Positions 52,370 through 61,992 of a stretch of DNA of 64,000 bases are shown here, piece after piece. The stretch is taken from NCBI GenBank assembly GCA_027069135.1, contig JALXFE010000182.1, positions 67,175-131,174 of the forward strand, written 5' to 3'. This DNA is from Thermoanaerobaculia bacterium (GTDB taxonomy: Bacteria > Acidobacteriota > Thermoanaerobaculia > Multivoradales > JAHZIX01). The notes under the pieces were generated by a model, which was not told the origin of the DNA, did not search any database, and worked only from the letters and a program-made list of their open reading frames with translations. The position numbers and the translations under genes were made by a program. Within the stretch, counting starts at the first letter, position 1; every line of letters starts with the position of its first letter.

Positions 52370-53875
52370 ATGAGCTCCCGTAGGGCAGGCGTTCTCCTGC
52401 ACCCGACTTCGTTGCCTGGTCCCGGTGGCGCCGGCGACTTGGGCCCGGCGGCGTCGACATTCCTCGGCTGGCTGTCCCGAGCCGGGCAGAGCGTCTGGCA
52501 GGTCTTACCCCTGGGCCCCACGGATTCCCAAGGATCTCCTTATGGTGGCCTCTCGGCTTTTGCCGGCAATCCCCTCCTCATCTCGCCGGATCGGCTCCTG
52601 TCTTCCGGCTTGTTGCGTACCGAAGACTTCGACCTTCTTCCCAGGACCCGAGAGGAAAAGCCGGTCGACTTCACCGCGGTCGGTGCATCGAAGGATCGCC
52701 TGTTGCGCCGGGCTTTTGAGCGTTTCGAGGCGGAGGGGGAGGGGGAGCTTCAAGATCGGTTCCGGATCTTCCGGCAAGCCCCGGAGCAGCGGTTCTGGCT
52801 CGAGGACTGGACTTTGTTTTCGGCCCTTCGAAGGCTCCACCGGGGGAAGGCCTGGTGGGCCTGGCCCCGGTCCCTGGCGGACCGGGATGAGGCGTCTCTC
52901 GGCAAGGCCCTCGAAGAGCACCGCCGGGAGGTCAGGTATCACGGATTCGTACAATTCCTTTTCGAGGCTCAGTGGCAGCAGATCCGCCGTGAAGCGGGGA
53001 AGCGGGGAATCCTTCTGCTGGGGGATGTGCCCATCTATCCTTCCCTGGACAGCGCCGACGTCTGGGCCCATCGCCGCCTCTTTCAGTTGGACGAGCGGGG
53101 GCAGCCCGAAGCAGTGGCCGGGGTACCCCCGGATGATTTTTCCGTCACTGGGCAGCGGTGGGGAAATCCTCTCTACGATTGGCAAGCCTGTCGCAGCGAG
53201 GGGTTTTCCTGGTGGGTGGAGCGCGTTGCGGCAGATCTTCGGCGAGTGGACCGGCTGCGCATCGACCATTTCCGGGGCTTTGCGGCCTATTGGCGGATTC
53301 CCGCCGATGCCGAGACCGCCGAGACGGGGACCTGGGAACCCGGCCCCGGGAGTTCTCTTTTTGACGCCCTCGAGGAACGTCTCGGTTCTTTGCCCCTGCT
53401 GGCGGAGAATCTGGGCGTCATCACCCCGCAGGTGGAGGAGCTGCGTCAACGCTACCACCTGCCGGGAATGGCCGTTCTCCAATTCGCCTTCTCCGGCCAC
53501 GGGATGGCCCCGGAGCACACTCCCCACGAGCTCGCTGCGGATACCGTCGTCTACACCGGCACCCACGACAACCCCACCACCGCCAGCTGGTACCGGGACC
53601 TCTCGGAGGCCACCCGGCGCCAGGTCGAGAGCTATTGTTCAGCCCACGGCCTAGAGATCCCCTGGGCCATGATCCGCCTCGCCCACCACTCGGCTGCCGA
53701 CTTGGCCATCATCCCCGTCCAGGACCTCCTCGCCCTAGGCGACGATGGCCGCATGAACACCCCCGGCACCCTCGGCGGCAACTGGCAGTGGCGCCTAAAA
53801 GAGGGGGCTCTGACCCCGGAGCTCGCAGAGCGTTTGGGCCAGCTGACGGCGGAGTCCGGACGGCGGTCCGGCTGA
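52370..53875 (+). CDS. malQ: 4-alpha-glucanotransferase (amylomaltase, GH77).
   Basis: N-terminus 'MSSRRAGVLLHPTSLPGPGGAGDLG' is the classic MalQ start. 'LGDVPIYPSLDSADVWAHRRLFQLDE' and 'GTHDNPT' motifs. Start at ATG 52370, not the track's 52007. Confidence 0.9.
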   Translation: MSSRRAGVLLHPTSLPGPGGAGDLGPAASTFLGWLSRAGQSVWQVLPLGPTDSQGSPYGGLSAFAGNPLLISPDRLLSSGLLRTEDFDLLPRTREEKPVDFTAVGASKDRLLRRAFERFEAEGEGELQDRFRIFRQAPEQRFWLEDWTLFSALRRLHRGKAWWAWPRSLADRDEASLGKALEEHRREVRYHGFVQFLFEAQWQQIRREAGKRGILLLGDVPIYPSLDSADVWAHRRLFQLDERGQPEAVAGVPPDDFSVTGQRWGNPLYDWQACRSEGFSWWVERVAADLRRVDRLRIDHFRGFAAYWRIPADAETAETGTWEPGPGSSLFDALEERLGSLPLLAENLGVITPQVEELRQRYHLPGMAVLQFAFSGHGMAPEHTPHELAADTVVYTGTHDNPTTASWYRDLSEATRRQVESYCSAHGLEIPWAMIRLAHHSAADLAIIPVQDLLALGDDGRMNTPGTLGGNWQWRLKEGALTPELAERLGQLTAESGRRSG

Positions 53876-54049
53876 GACTGAGCCCGCCATTTCCATTTCG
53901 AAATCAGGGTATTCCTATGTCCGCATCTCACAGCCCCACTGGCTTCAGAGTGGCGGTGCTTCGAGCCGGCAACCCAGATGGGAAGTGGTGTGATAATCTT
54001 CAAGGCACGCTTCTGTTAGAAAAATCGACAAGGTGAGAGCTAGAAACAG

Positions 54050-56350
54050 GTGGCACTGCAGCAGAGCAAGCGTCTGGCGGGAGAGGGGACGGAGGACTCT
54101 CCGAAGAAGGCCCGGCAAATTTCCGGGCGCACAGTCATCGCTCATATTTCGGATCTTCATCTGGACAGCGCAAGCAGGACCGACAAGGGGATTTGGGAAG
54201 CCTTGCGCCAGAGCCTGAAGGAACAGTGCGGCCGTGTCGATCTTCTGGTTGTCAGCGGGGACCTCGTGGAATTGCCGGCCTGGGGTTCGAAAAAGGTCTT
54301 CGAGAGGGCCAAGAAGTATCTGTTGGAGTTGTCCAAAGTGCTGGATATCGATTCCGGAAATCGACTTCTGGTGGTACCGGGGAACCACGACGTCCGGTGG
54401 CTGCGGGGCTCACTACGACATCGGTCTAAGGCCCTGGAGAATTTCAAAGAGGTCTTCAAGGAGCAGATGCCGGCGTATCGGTTCTTCAGGCCTTTGAAGC
54501 TATTCGCTTTTCTCTTCGACTCGAATCCGAAGGGCTTCTGGCCAGATCTCGCTGCCGGTTTCGTCGAAGGGGATGAGTTGGTACGTCTACGGAAGCTGGT
54601 CCAAGAGATTCGTAAAGATTTCCCGCAGGAATGGCAAGAGGCCGCGCGAATCGCTGTCGTCCACCACCATCCCATGCCGATCGCTGCGACCCAGGTCGAA
54701 GCGCGCAAGTTGATCGGCGGTGAGCCCTACATGTTGCTCAAGAATGCCAGTGTTTTCATGACGGAAGTCCTTCGCTCGGACCTCGAGTTGGTCCTCCATG
54801 GGCACCGCCACTACCCGGCGGTATCCCGCGCTCACTTTCAGGAAGGTGGCAGCTTGAATCGTGCTCTTACCGTGGTCGGGGCGGGAAGTGTCGGCAAGGA
54901 AGATGATTGCAAACGCTCTTACGGGGTGTTGACTCTCGAGGATTCCGGTGAGGTGACCCTCCAAGAGTACCGTCTGGAAGCTGCTACCTACAGTGCCCTA
55001 AAGCCCGCTCGTCGGCTGATCACCTATGAAGAATCCCGCCCAGCGCGAATTCGCCGCCTGCTCGAGAAGAAGGCGCCTCCCTTGAGGGTTGGACGGTACT
55101 CCTGCCATTGGTCGATTCAAGCAGGATCCGGAGATGTCGACATTCGCTGGACCGTCGAGCAAGCCCAGGCCTTCGGCGAGATCCCGGTACCCTCTATTCG
55201 TCGGGAGTTCACTTCTCGCTCGGGGTATGTCCAACCACCGGTCTACTCGTGCGAAAGTGCAACGCAGGAGGTAGGCTTCCAGCCTGGAAACTCGCCTTCG
55301 AATGGTCTCGTGGAGTACAAACCGTCGGTGGGGGAGGATCCCATCTCCTATTCCGCCGAGATCCAGGTCTTCAACGCTTTTCATTTCAACCAGCGGGATC
55401 GGCTGGATGCAACGGCGGAAAAGAGTGACCGTGAGTACGTCTCGGCTGGCGCCGCACAGTGTTGCGAGACCCTCGCCCTTTCGGTCGCATTCCCGGAGCG
55501 CCATTTCCCTCGATCCTTTCAAGCCAGGGTGCGGAGACCGAATCCGGCAGGGGGGATGATTCCCGCCGAAACGGAGTCCAAGTACGCTGCGAGATTCCTC
55601 ACTCTAGCTATCCGGAATTGCGTTGCGACCCTCGTGGTGCCCAAGCCGCTGCCAGGTTACCGCTACGAGATTTCCTGGGCCCTACCGAAGAGCGAGTTCG
55701 ATGAGACCGAGCTTGAGGCGAATGTTAAGAAGCACGCGGAGGAAATCCGTCATCGCCTCCGGGAACGCGGGAGTAGGCAAAAGGTGCGGAACGCTCTGAG
55801 CGGACTCAAGGAATCACTTGAGCGAATCGATGAATGTGAGCAGGAGCTCGATGCAGCGGTCTTCGTCTATCGAGCGGGGAGGCTCCACCCGGTAGTGTCC
55901 GTGGGATCCGATTCTTTCTTGAAAGGTTTGGTGGGTCGGTCGGTCGGTGTCGGCCAAACCCACGTTGGACAGGCCCACCGACGCCGTGAGATCCAGACGG
56001 GGGTCCGCCATGAGATGGCGACAGACGCGGAGTTCTATTTCGATGCCGAGAGAGATCCCGGAGTCCTCGTCGAAGGGAAAGAGGCGTGGCTAGCGGTTCC
56101 TCTGATGTACCCCATCTCTAAGCAGCTCTCCGTGGGGTTGCGGGTCGCCGTTGTTTGGTGCGGTACTGATTCCCGCCTGTCAGTCCTCAATTGCCTCGAA
56201 GACAAGGCTACCGGCGGAAAGATTCAGAAAGCCTGGGGCAAGGCCATCTTGTCCTGGTACGGAAATACGCTTCTTCCCGCTCTGGGCCTCGAACCTGCTC
56301 TGGAGCTCGAAGTTGACGGAAAAGAGGGCAAACAGGTAAGATCCGAATGA
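54050..56350 (+). CDS. Calcineurin-like metallophosphoesterase (CpdA / class III phosphodiesterase-like) with a ~450-aa uncharacterised C-terminal extension (possibly GAF-like at the end).
   Basis: Motifs 'IAHISDLHLD', 'LLVVSGDLVE', 'LLVVPGNHD', 'VVHHHP', 'LVLHGHRHY' (D-x-H / GD / GNHD / GHxH). C-terminal '...GKEAWLAVPLMYPISKQLSVGLRVAVVWC' resembles a GAF core. GTG start. Confidence 0.7.
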   Translation: MALQQSKRLAGEGTEDSPKKARQISGRTVIAHISDLHLDSASRTDKGIWEALRQSLKEQCGRVDLLVVSGDLVELPAWGSKKVFERAKKYLLELSKVLDIDSGNRLLVVPGNHDVRWLRGSLRHRSKALENFKEVFKEQMPAYRFFRPLKLFAFLFDSNPKGFWPDLAAGFVEGDELVRLRKLVQEIRKDFPQEWQEAARIAVVHHHPMPIAATQVEARKLIGGEPYMLLKNASVFMTEVLRSDLELVLHGHRHYPAVSRAHFQEGGSLNRALTVVGAGSVGKEDDCKRSYGVLTLEDSGEVTLQEYRLEAATYSALKPARRLITYEESRPARIRRLLEKKAPPLRVGRYSCHWSIQAGSGDVDIRWTVEQAQAFGEIPVPSIRREFTSRSGYVQPPVYSCESATQEVGFQPGNSPSNGLVEYKPSVGEDPISYSAEIQVFNAFHFNQRDRLDATAEKSDREYVSAGAAQCCETLALSVAFPERHFPRSFQARVRRPNPAGGMIPAETESKYAARFLTLAIRNCVATLVVPKPLPGYRYEISWALPKSEFDETELEANVKKHAEEIRHRLRERGSRQKVRNALSGLKESLERIDECEQELDAAVFVYRAGRLHPVVSVGSDSFLKGLVGRSVGVGQTHVGQAHRRREIQTGVRHEMATDAEFYFDAERDPGVLVEGKEAWLAVPLMYPISKQLSVGLRVAVVWCGTDSRLSVLNCLEDKATGGKIQKAWGKAILSWYGNTLLPALGLEPALELEVDGKEGKQVRSE

Positions 56351-56365
56351 GAGGAGAATAACGAC

Positions 56366-56533
56366 GTGGTCCTGAAGAAAACGCGCCTTACACCGTCCAC
56401 TTGTAGCTTCCAGTTGACCCTCGATTCCCTCCCGGACAAAGATCCAGAGCATTATTTCCAGGAGCTCAAGCGGCTGAGCAAGGCCGCTCGCGCTTCTTCT
56501 GAAGAGGTAAGCCGCGGGGACTCTGAGGGCTGA
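56366..56533 (+). CDS. Small ORF (55 aa, GTG start) immediately downstream of the phosphoesterase. Not in the ORF track.
   Basis: SD GAGGAGA 8 nt upstream of GTG. Frame open to TGA 56531-56533. No similarity recognised. Confidence 0.25.
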   Translation: MVLKKTRLTPSTCSFQLTLDSLPDKDPEHYFQELKRLSKAARASSEEVSRGDSEG

Positions 56534-56685
56534 CAACCCGACGATCTGGAATCCTGCCGGCTGCACCATCGAGTGGTCGAGGCTCCTTTTCTGTTTTTTT
56601 CAGTTCTGCGACACTCCTACCTAAGTCCTTGTTAGATTTCTCGGCCTCTCCACCCATACCTACAATTCTCGACTCTTGTCGGCTG

Positions 56686-57735
56686 CTATGGCCCTTCCAG
56701 CCACGCCGTGCGGCCGAGCAGGCTCTTAAGGTCGACCCGCTGTTCGAGCTGTTGCTCCGGGGTGATGGGCGGTAGGTAGCGCAGGGCCGTAAAGCCCGGG
56801 TCTTCGGCGAGGAGAAGCTCGTCGGCGGGCCTCGGGTGGGTGAAGAAGAGGTTGGCCGTTTTCTCGAGGCTGGTGTGGGGCAGGAGGCGGTAGACCGCGG
56901 CGGTGGGTTTGCCGGAAGGATCCCGTTCGAGCTCGAGGCTCAGATGGAGAAGGCCGTGGGGCTCGCCTAAGGTCCGTAGGTCGAGTCGATAGGTATCGAG
57001 GTGCAGATTCCGGAAGATCGTAAGGGCTGTGTCGTAGCAGGGGCTGCCGGTGATTCGAAGATCGTCGCAGACGCGGGCTCGCAGAATGCGCGTCAAGAGC
57101 TCGAAAGTGCGAAGATCTTCCAAGGTAAATCTACAGTGGAGGCCCTGGACCATCCGCCCCAAGCTGGGCCGGTGGGCTGCGGCGCTGGGCGAGGCATGGG
57201 GGCCCACGAGATTGTCGATGCGCAGGGCCGGCGCGTCGGCGACGGCGGGAATGCCCTGGTCGCTGAGCTCCAGGAAAAGGGCGTTGCCCTCCCCATCCGG
57301 TACCAGGTCCGAAGCCAACGGGTCTCGGACCGCCACCACGACATCCCGCAGCATCTCCGAGGGATCGCGGGGTGCTCGGACCCCGGCGCTCAGGGAGAAC
57401 CAGAGTTGCGTCTCCGGCGAGGTTCGGCGGTTGTCTCGGGTGATCTGCCCGAGGACGGCAAGTCCCAGCGGTGAGCCGCAGCGGTCCCGGACGGCGTAGG
57501 TCACCTGGAGCGCTCCCGGCGCGTCACTCGAAATATGAGTTCTGGCGGTCAGACCCGCGAGCCGAAAGGCGTCGTTCTCGCGCTCTCGAGGATGAAGCAC
57601 TCCCGCGGGCCGGCGGGTCGCTAGAAGCAAGAGGTTGGCGACCACCAGGATTGCCGCAAGGAATATCAACGCAGCGACCCCGGGGGAGCGGCCGTCTTTC
57701 CTCTTCGTACTCTTTTTCTTCGTAGCTGTCTTCAT
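56686..57735 (-). CDS. Hypothetical membrane-anchored protein.
   Basis: Internal start 'MKTATKKKSTKRKDGRSPGVAALIFLAAILVVANLLLLA' (signal anchor) is ATGA-coupled to the upstream OpgC-like gene. The track's long N-terminal extension is rejected. Confidence 0.5.
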   Translation of the reverse strand: MKTATKKKSTKRKDGRSPGVAALIFLAAILVVANLLLLATRRPAGVLHPRERENDAFRLAGLTARTHISSDAPGALQVTYAVRDRCGSPLGLAVLGQITRDNRRTSPETQLWFSLSAGVRAPRDPSEMLRDVVVAVRDPLASDLVPDGEGNALFLELSDQGIPAVADAPALRIDNLVGPHASPSAAAHRPSLGRMVQGLHCRFTLEDLRTFELLTRILRARVCDDLRITGSPCYDTALTIFRNLHLDTYRLDLRTLGEPHGLLHLSLELERDPSGKPTAAVYRLLPHTSLEKTANLFFTHPRPADELLLAEDPGFTALRYLPPITPEQQLEQRVDLKSLLGRTAWLEGP

Positions 57736-58865
57736 CTCGGTACCCAACCAAAAAGGATCCGTCGCCGGACCATCCACCACAGGAGTCCGATGAGAAGGAT
57801 ATCTGCTGGCACAAACCACCAGAGGCCGGCAGTGGGCTCGACGCCGAGCCGCGCTATCCCTTCCTTGCTCCACCAGACGACTGGAATATGCATCAGGAAG
57901 ACGTAGAGAGAGCTCTGCCCGAAGGCGAGGAGGAGGTTCCCGGTGGCAGACTTCAAGGGCCGCCAGAAGCGGTCCGTCAGCTCGAAGAGAAGGGCGAACG
58001 TCACGAAGAGGTTGACGAGCCGTAGCGGTCCCAGGTGTTCCCGGCCGAAAGACCAATAAATCCACGGGCTCGGAATCCGGAGGAGATGTAAATCTTGGCC
58101 TCTGCGGAGAAGAACGAAGAACAGCGTCGCCAAGACGAGGGTCACAATCCCGAGGGGGCCTCGAGCGTGCCGCCACCATCGGGCCACTCGCTGCCGGTGG
58201 AATCCGAGTAGCAGGCCGACAAAGAAGAGAAGTTGCCAGGAGGCGATTGGAAAGTCGGAGACCTGTTCGAGAAACGGCACCCGCAGCCGTTGCCCGAGCG
58301 CAAGATTAGCGCCCCAGATTCCGAAGGTCGCCGCCACCAGCCAGAGACTGCGGCCTCGCACCAGGGCCCAGAGAGCCAAAGGGGTCAGGGCCAGGAAGGC
58401 CACATATCGGGGCAGGACGCTCAGGAAATAGGGCTGGTCGAAGCCGAAGAGGGATGGCCAATGGAAATCACCGATCCACAACTCCAGGAACCAGCCGTTA
58501 CTCAGTGCTCCCATGGCCTCGAGGGAGACGAAAAGGAACACCAGCCCCAAGTTGGCAAGGTAGAGCTGCAAGGCTCGGGTCAAGATCTTTCGGCTGGTAG
58601 GTCCGAGGCCCTCTTCCAGGGCTCGCCGGCCATGGACGATGCCGACGACGGCTCCGGAAATGAAGAAGAAAGCTTCCGCCGCGGTGACATACCCCAGCCA
58701 CTGCTGGACGACGTGGAGGGGGGTATGCAAGAGGTGGTTGAAAATCATCTTCAACAGGCATAGACCCCGGAGCAAGTCGAGGCGCAGGTCGCGCCGACTC
58801 TCGGACGGCCGATAGCGTCGGGAAAGGGCGCTATCTTCCTGTGATCGATGGTGCTCCGGCTTCAT
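57732..58865 (-). CDS. OpgC-like / acyltransferase-3-family polytopic membrane protein.
   Basis: 'RLDLLRGLCLLKMIFNHL' N-terminal motif typical of OpgC/acyltransferase_3. About 10 TM helices. Confidence 0.6.
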   Translation of the reverse strand: MKPEHHRSQEDSALSRRYRPSESRRDLRLDLLRGLCLLKMIFNHLLHTPLHVVQQWLGYVTAAEAFFFISGAVVGIVHGRRALEEGLGPTSRKILTRALQLYLANLGLVFLFVSLEAMGALSNGWFLELWIGDFHWPSLFGFDQPYFLSVLPRYVAFLALTPLALWALVRGRSLWLVAATFGIWGANLALGQRLRVPFLEQVSDFPIASWQLLFFVGLLLGFHRQRVARWWRHARGPLGIVTLVLATLFFVLLRRGQDLHLLRIPSPWIYWSFGREHLGPLRLVNLFVTFALLFELTDRFWRPLKSATGNLLLAFGQSSLYVFLMHIPVVWWSKEGIARLGVEPTAGLWWFVPADILLIGLLWWMVRRRILFGWVPR

Positions 58866-59139
58866 GATGGTCCGCTGATCTCGGCGCGAATTCTTGTGTT
58901 GGATTCCCTAAGACCATCTTAGCGAAACGGCAGCCGGTGCTGACTCTTCCCCCGAAAAATCACCGCCGAGGCGACTCTGGCGATGTCCTGCAAGACAAGG
59001 GCATTGCCGGGCCGCGATTTTCTTTCGTGGTAGAATTTGAAACGTGTATCCCCTTTTTCTCGTAGTGCTCGGGGAACGCCTGACATCGGACCGGTAGATT
59101 CGTCTCCGGTATTTGAAGCGGAGGAAAGCTGACATCAGC

Positions 59140-59952
59140 GTGAGCAGTTTTTGGCACACCATCATCTCGTTTCCCACGGTAGTTCTTACCGTACCGCTGG
59201 CATTGGTGGTGGCCTATTGGGGAGCGGTGTTCTCCGGCCTGCTGGATTTTGGTGAGGGCGGTGGGGGAGACCTGGATGGCGCCCTCGAAGGAAGTCTGGA
59301 AGGAGCATTGGAGGTCGCAGATCTGGACTTCGACGTGGACGCCGGCTTGGAAGGGGCACTGGACGGCGACGCCGCCTTGGATGCCGACGGTCTCTTCGAC
59401 GGCCCCTTGAGCGTCCTGCGGGCTCCGTTGGGTTGCATCGGCTCAGTGCTCGGCACTTTCGGCTTGGTGGGGGTTCCCCTCACCATGGTGTTGTCGCTTC
59501 TTCTCTTCTTCGGCTGGCTCCTGAGCTTCGGCGGCACGCGCCTCCTGGCCAAGGTGGGGATCGGAGTGGCCGCCGTCGGGGGGTTGACCCTCCTCGCAAG
59601 CCTCTCGGTCCTGGGGGGGGCCGTCTTCCTGGGGCTGGCCCTGACCTCTGTTGCGGTGCGGCCTCTCAAGCCTCTTTTTAAGATTCATACAGCTCGGTCT
59701 CGCCAGGAGTGGGTCGGCTCTGTCTGTACTATCCGTACCGGCAGTGTCGATAAGGACTTCGGCCAGGGCGAGATCGACGACGGCGGCGCCGGCCTTCTGC
59801 TCGATGTGCGCTGCCTCGAACCCAACACATTGCGGCGCGGCAGCCCGGCTCTGATCTACGATCATGACGCAAAGCGGGATGTCTACCTGGTCAATAGCCG
59901 GGGTGCCGAGATCCAACGAAACCTCGATTCGGAAAATAGGGAGTCAATATGA
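59140..59952 (+). CDS. NfeD/YqiJ-like membrane protein (partner of the flotillin gene), with an acidic D/E/G/L-rich linker.
   Basis: TM helices. Low-complexity acidic segment 'GGGGDLDGALEGSLEGALEVADLDFDVDAGLEGALDGDAALDADGLFDG'. C-terminal OB-fold-like 'GQGEIDDGGAGLLLDVRC'. Stop overlaps the flotillin ATG (ATGA). GTG 59140 with GCGGAGGAAAG SD. Alternative TTG at 59113. Confidence 0.55.
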   Translation: MSSFWHTIISFPTVVLTVPLALVVAYWGAVFSGLLDFGEGGGGDLDGALEGSLEGALEVADLDFDVDAGLEGALDGDAALDADGLFDGPLSVLRAPLGCIGSVLGTFGLVGVPLTMVLSLLLFFGWLLSFGGTRLLAKVGIGVAAVGGLTLLASLSVLGGAVFLGLALTSVAVRPLKPLFKIHTARSRQEWVGSVCTIRTGSVDKDFGQGEIDDGGAGLLLDVRCLEPNTLRRGSPALIYDHDAKRDVYLVNSRGAEIQRNLDSENRESI

Positions 59953-61871
59953 TCGGTAGATACCTCAGGAAAGTAGAGCAAGGCCAAGCGTTGATCGTCA
60001 ACAAAGGCGGAGCTGATCCCGTCGTGACCTTCACGAGGGCCTTCGTACTGCCGGTGGTACATAAAGCCGAGATCATGGATATTTCGGTCAAGACGATCGA
60101 GATCGATCGTCGAGGCTCCGAAGGGCTGATCTGCCGCGACAACATCCGGGCGGATATCAAAGTGACTTTTTTCGTTCGGGTCAACAAGACCCGGGAGGAT
60201 GTCGTCAAGGTCGCCCAGAGCATCGGCTGTATCCGAGCCTCGAGCGTCCAGGCTCTAGAAGAGCTCTTCAGCGCCAAGTTTTCGGAAGCCTTGAAGACCG
60301 TGGGCAAACAGCTCGATTTTGTGGATCTCTACACCCGTCGAGAAGAGTTCCGGGACGCCATCATCAAAGTCATCGGCAGAGACTTGAACGGATTCGTCTT
60401 GGAAGACGCCGCTATCGACTACCTGGAACAGACCCCCCTGGGGGCTCTGGACAACAGCAATATTCTTGACGCTCAGGGCATTCGCAAGATCACCGAGCTC
60501 ACCTCCATAGAGCACGTCCGCACCAACGAGTTTGAGAACAACGAGCAGAAGCTGATCCGCAAGCAGGATGTGGCGCGTCAAGAGACCATCTTCGAGCTCG
60601 ATCGGCAGGAAGCCGACGCACTGGCCAAGCAGCAGCGGGAGATCAATTCCGTCAAGGCCCGGGAGGGAGCGGAGACCCTTCGGATCCAGGCGGAGGAACG
60701 CCTCAAGTCGGAGAACGCTCGCATCAAGGCCGACGAAGAAATCGCCATCAACGAAGAGAATAAGGAACGCCAGGTGGAAGTGGCCCGCAAGAACCGCGAG
60801 AGGGTGGTCGCCGTCGAGACGGAGCGGGTCGAGAAGGATCGCCTGGTGGAGGTCATCGCCCGGGAGCGGGAGGTCGAGCTGCAGCGTATCTCCAAGGATA
60901 AGGCCCTGGAGGTCGAGCGCAAGGAGATCGCGGAGGTCATCCGTGAGCGTATCGCGGTCGAGAAGACCGTGGCCGAAGAAGAAGAGCGCATCAAGCGGCT
61001 GCGGGTGGTGGAGGAAGCCAACCGTACCAAGGAGGCCACCATCATTACCGCGGAGGCGGAGGCCGAGGAGCTTCTGGTCAAGGACATCAAAGCGGCCGAG
61101 GCGGGAGAGAAGGCGGCGGCTTTCAAGGCCCGGGAGAGGCTGGTCTTGGCCGATGCAGAGCTCGATGCCGCAGACCGCGAGGCCAAGGGCATGATTCGCC
61201 GAGCCGAGGGTGTCCAGGCGGAGGCGGCGGCTTCCGGGCTGGCCGAGGCCCGGGTCCGGGAAGCCGATGCCTTGGCTCTCGAGAAGGTCGGCCTGGCGGA
61301 GGTTCGGGTCAAGGAAGCCGATGCCTTGGCTCTCGAGAAGGTCGGTCGTGCGGAGGCCTCCGTCACGAGGGATCGGGGGCTCGCCGATGGGGATGCGACC
61401 CGTGCCCGGTTGGAAGGCGAAGCCGCCGGTTTGACGGAGAAAGCCCAGGCCATGAAGGTCCTGGATGAATCCAGCCGCGGTCACGAGGAGTTCCGTCTGC
61501 GTTTGGAAATGGAGCGTGCCGTCGAGCTCGAAGGCATCGCAGCCCGCAAAGCCGTGGCGCAAGCGCAGGCCGAGGTGCTGGCAGAGGCGCTCAAGGAAGC
61601 CAAGATCGAGATCGTCGGTGGCGAGGGGGTTTTCCTCGATCGATTGGTCAACGCCATCAGCATGGGCAAGTCCGTCGACCGCTTCGTGGGCAACAGCGAG
61701 AGCGCTCAGAAGCTCTTTGCGGGGTATCTCACGGGAGAGGCCAGCCTGCCGGAAGATGTCCGCAAGATCCTCGAGAGCGCTGTCGGCGGCGGTGGCGATG
61801 CCGGCAAGGTCGCCCTCGGCGCCTTGTTGGCCAAGAAAATGGGGGATGGCAGTGAGCGGGAGGAGGAGTAG
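59949..61871 (+). CDS. Flotillin-like SPFH/band-7 protein (YqiK/FloT-type) with a long Ala/Glu/Arg-rich coiled coil.
   Basis: N-terminal SPFH core 'EQGQALIVNKGGADPVVTFTRAFVLPVVHKAEIMDISVKTIEIDRRGSEGLICRDNIRADIKVTFFVRV'. ~250 aa of EA-rich coiled coil. Confidence 0.85.
   Translation: MIGRYLRKVEQGQALIVNKGGADPVVTFTRAFVLPVVHKAEIMDISVKTIEIDRRGSEGLICRDNIRADIKVTFFVRVNKTREDVVKVAQSIGCIRASSVQALEELFSAKFSEALKTVGKQLDFVDLYTRREEFRDAIIKVIGRDLNGFVLEDAAIDYLEQTPLGALDNSNILDAQGIRKITELTSIEHVRTNEFENNEQKLIRKQDVARQETIFELDRQEADALAKQQREINSVKAREGAETLRIQAEERLKSENARIKADEEIAINEENKERQVEVARKNRERVVAVETERVEKDRLVEVIAREREVELQRISKDKALEVERKEIAEVIRERIAVEKTVAEEEERIKRLRVVEEANRTKEATIITAEAEAEELLVKDIKAAEAGEKAAAFKARERLVLADAELDAADREAKGMIRRAEGVQAEAAASGLAEARVREADALALEKVGLAEVRVKEADALALEKVGRAEASVTRDRGLADGDATRARLEGEAAGLTEKAQAMKVLDESSRGHEEFRLRLEMERAVELEGIAARKAVAQAQAEVLAEALKEAKIEIVGGEGVFLDRLVNAISMGKSVDRFVGNSESAQKLFAGYLTGEASLPEDVRKILESAVGGGGDAGKVALGALLAKKMGDGSEREEE
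61251..61358 (+). repeat. Two tandem copies of a 54-nt unit inside the flotillin coiled-coil region, including a 32-nt exact duplicate.
   Basis: gaagccgatgccttggctctcgagaaggtcgg occurs at 61260-61291 and again at 61314-61345. It encodes READALALEKVGLAEVRV / KEADALALEKVGRAEASV. Confidence 0.85.
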
Positions 61872-61992
61872 GCGCAGGCCTTCCCGGGCATGAATGCCCG
61901 GGCTGGTTGCGAGCCCGCCTAAAGGCGGCCGGTTTGCGGGCGTTGGTCTTGTGTGACCGGTGACCGCCCCTGCGACTGGGCGCCTGGAAAAT

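Noticed and set aside
56569-56690. T-rich stretch (ctccttttctgtttttttcag) between convergent genes as a rho-independent terminator
   Set aside because: Could not find a convincing GC-rich stem immediately upstream of the T-run, so it is not reported as a terminator.
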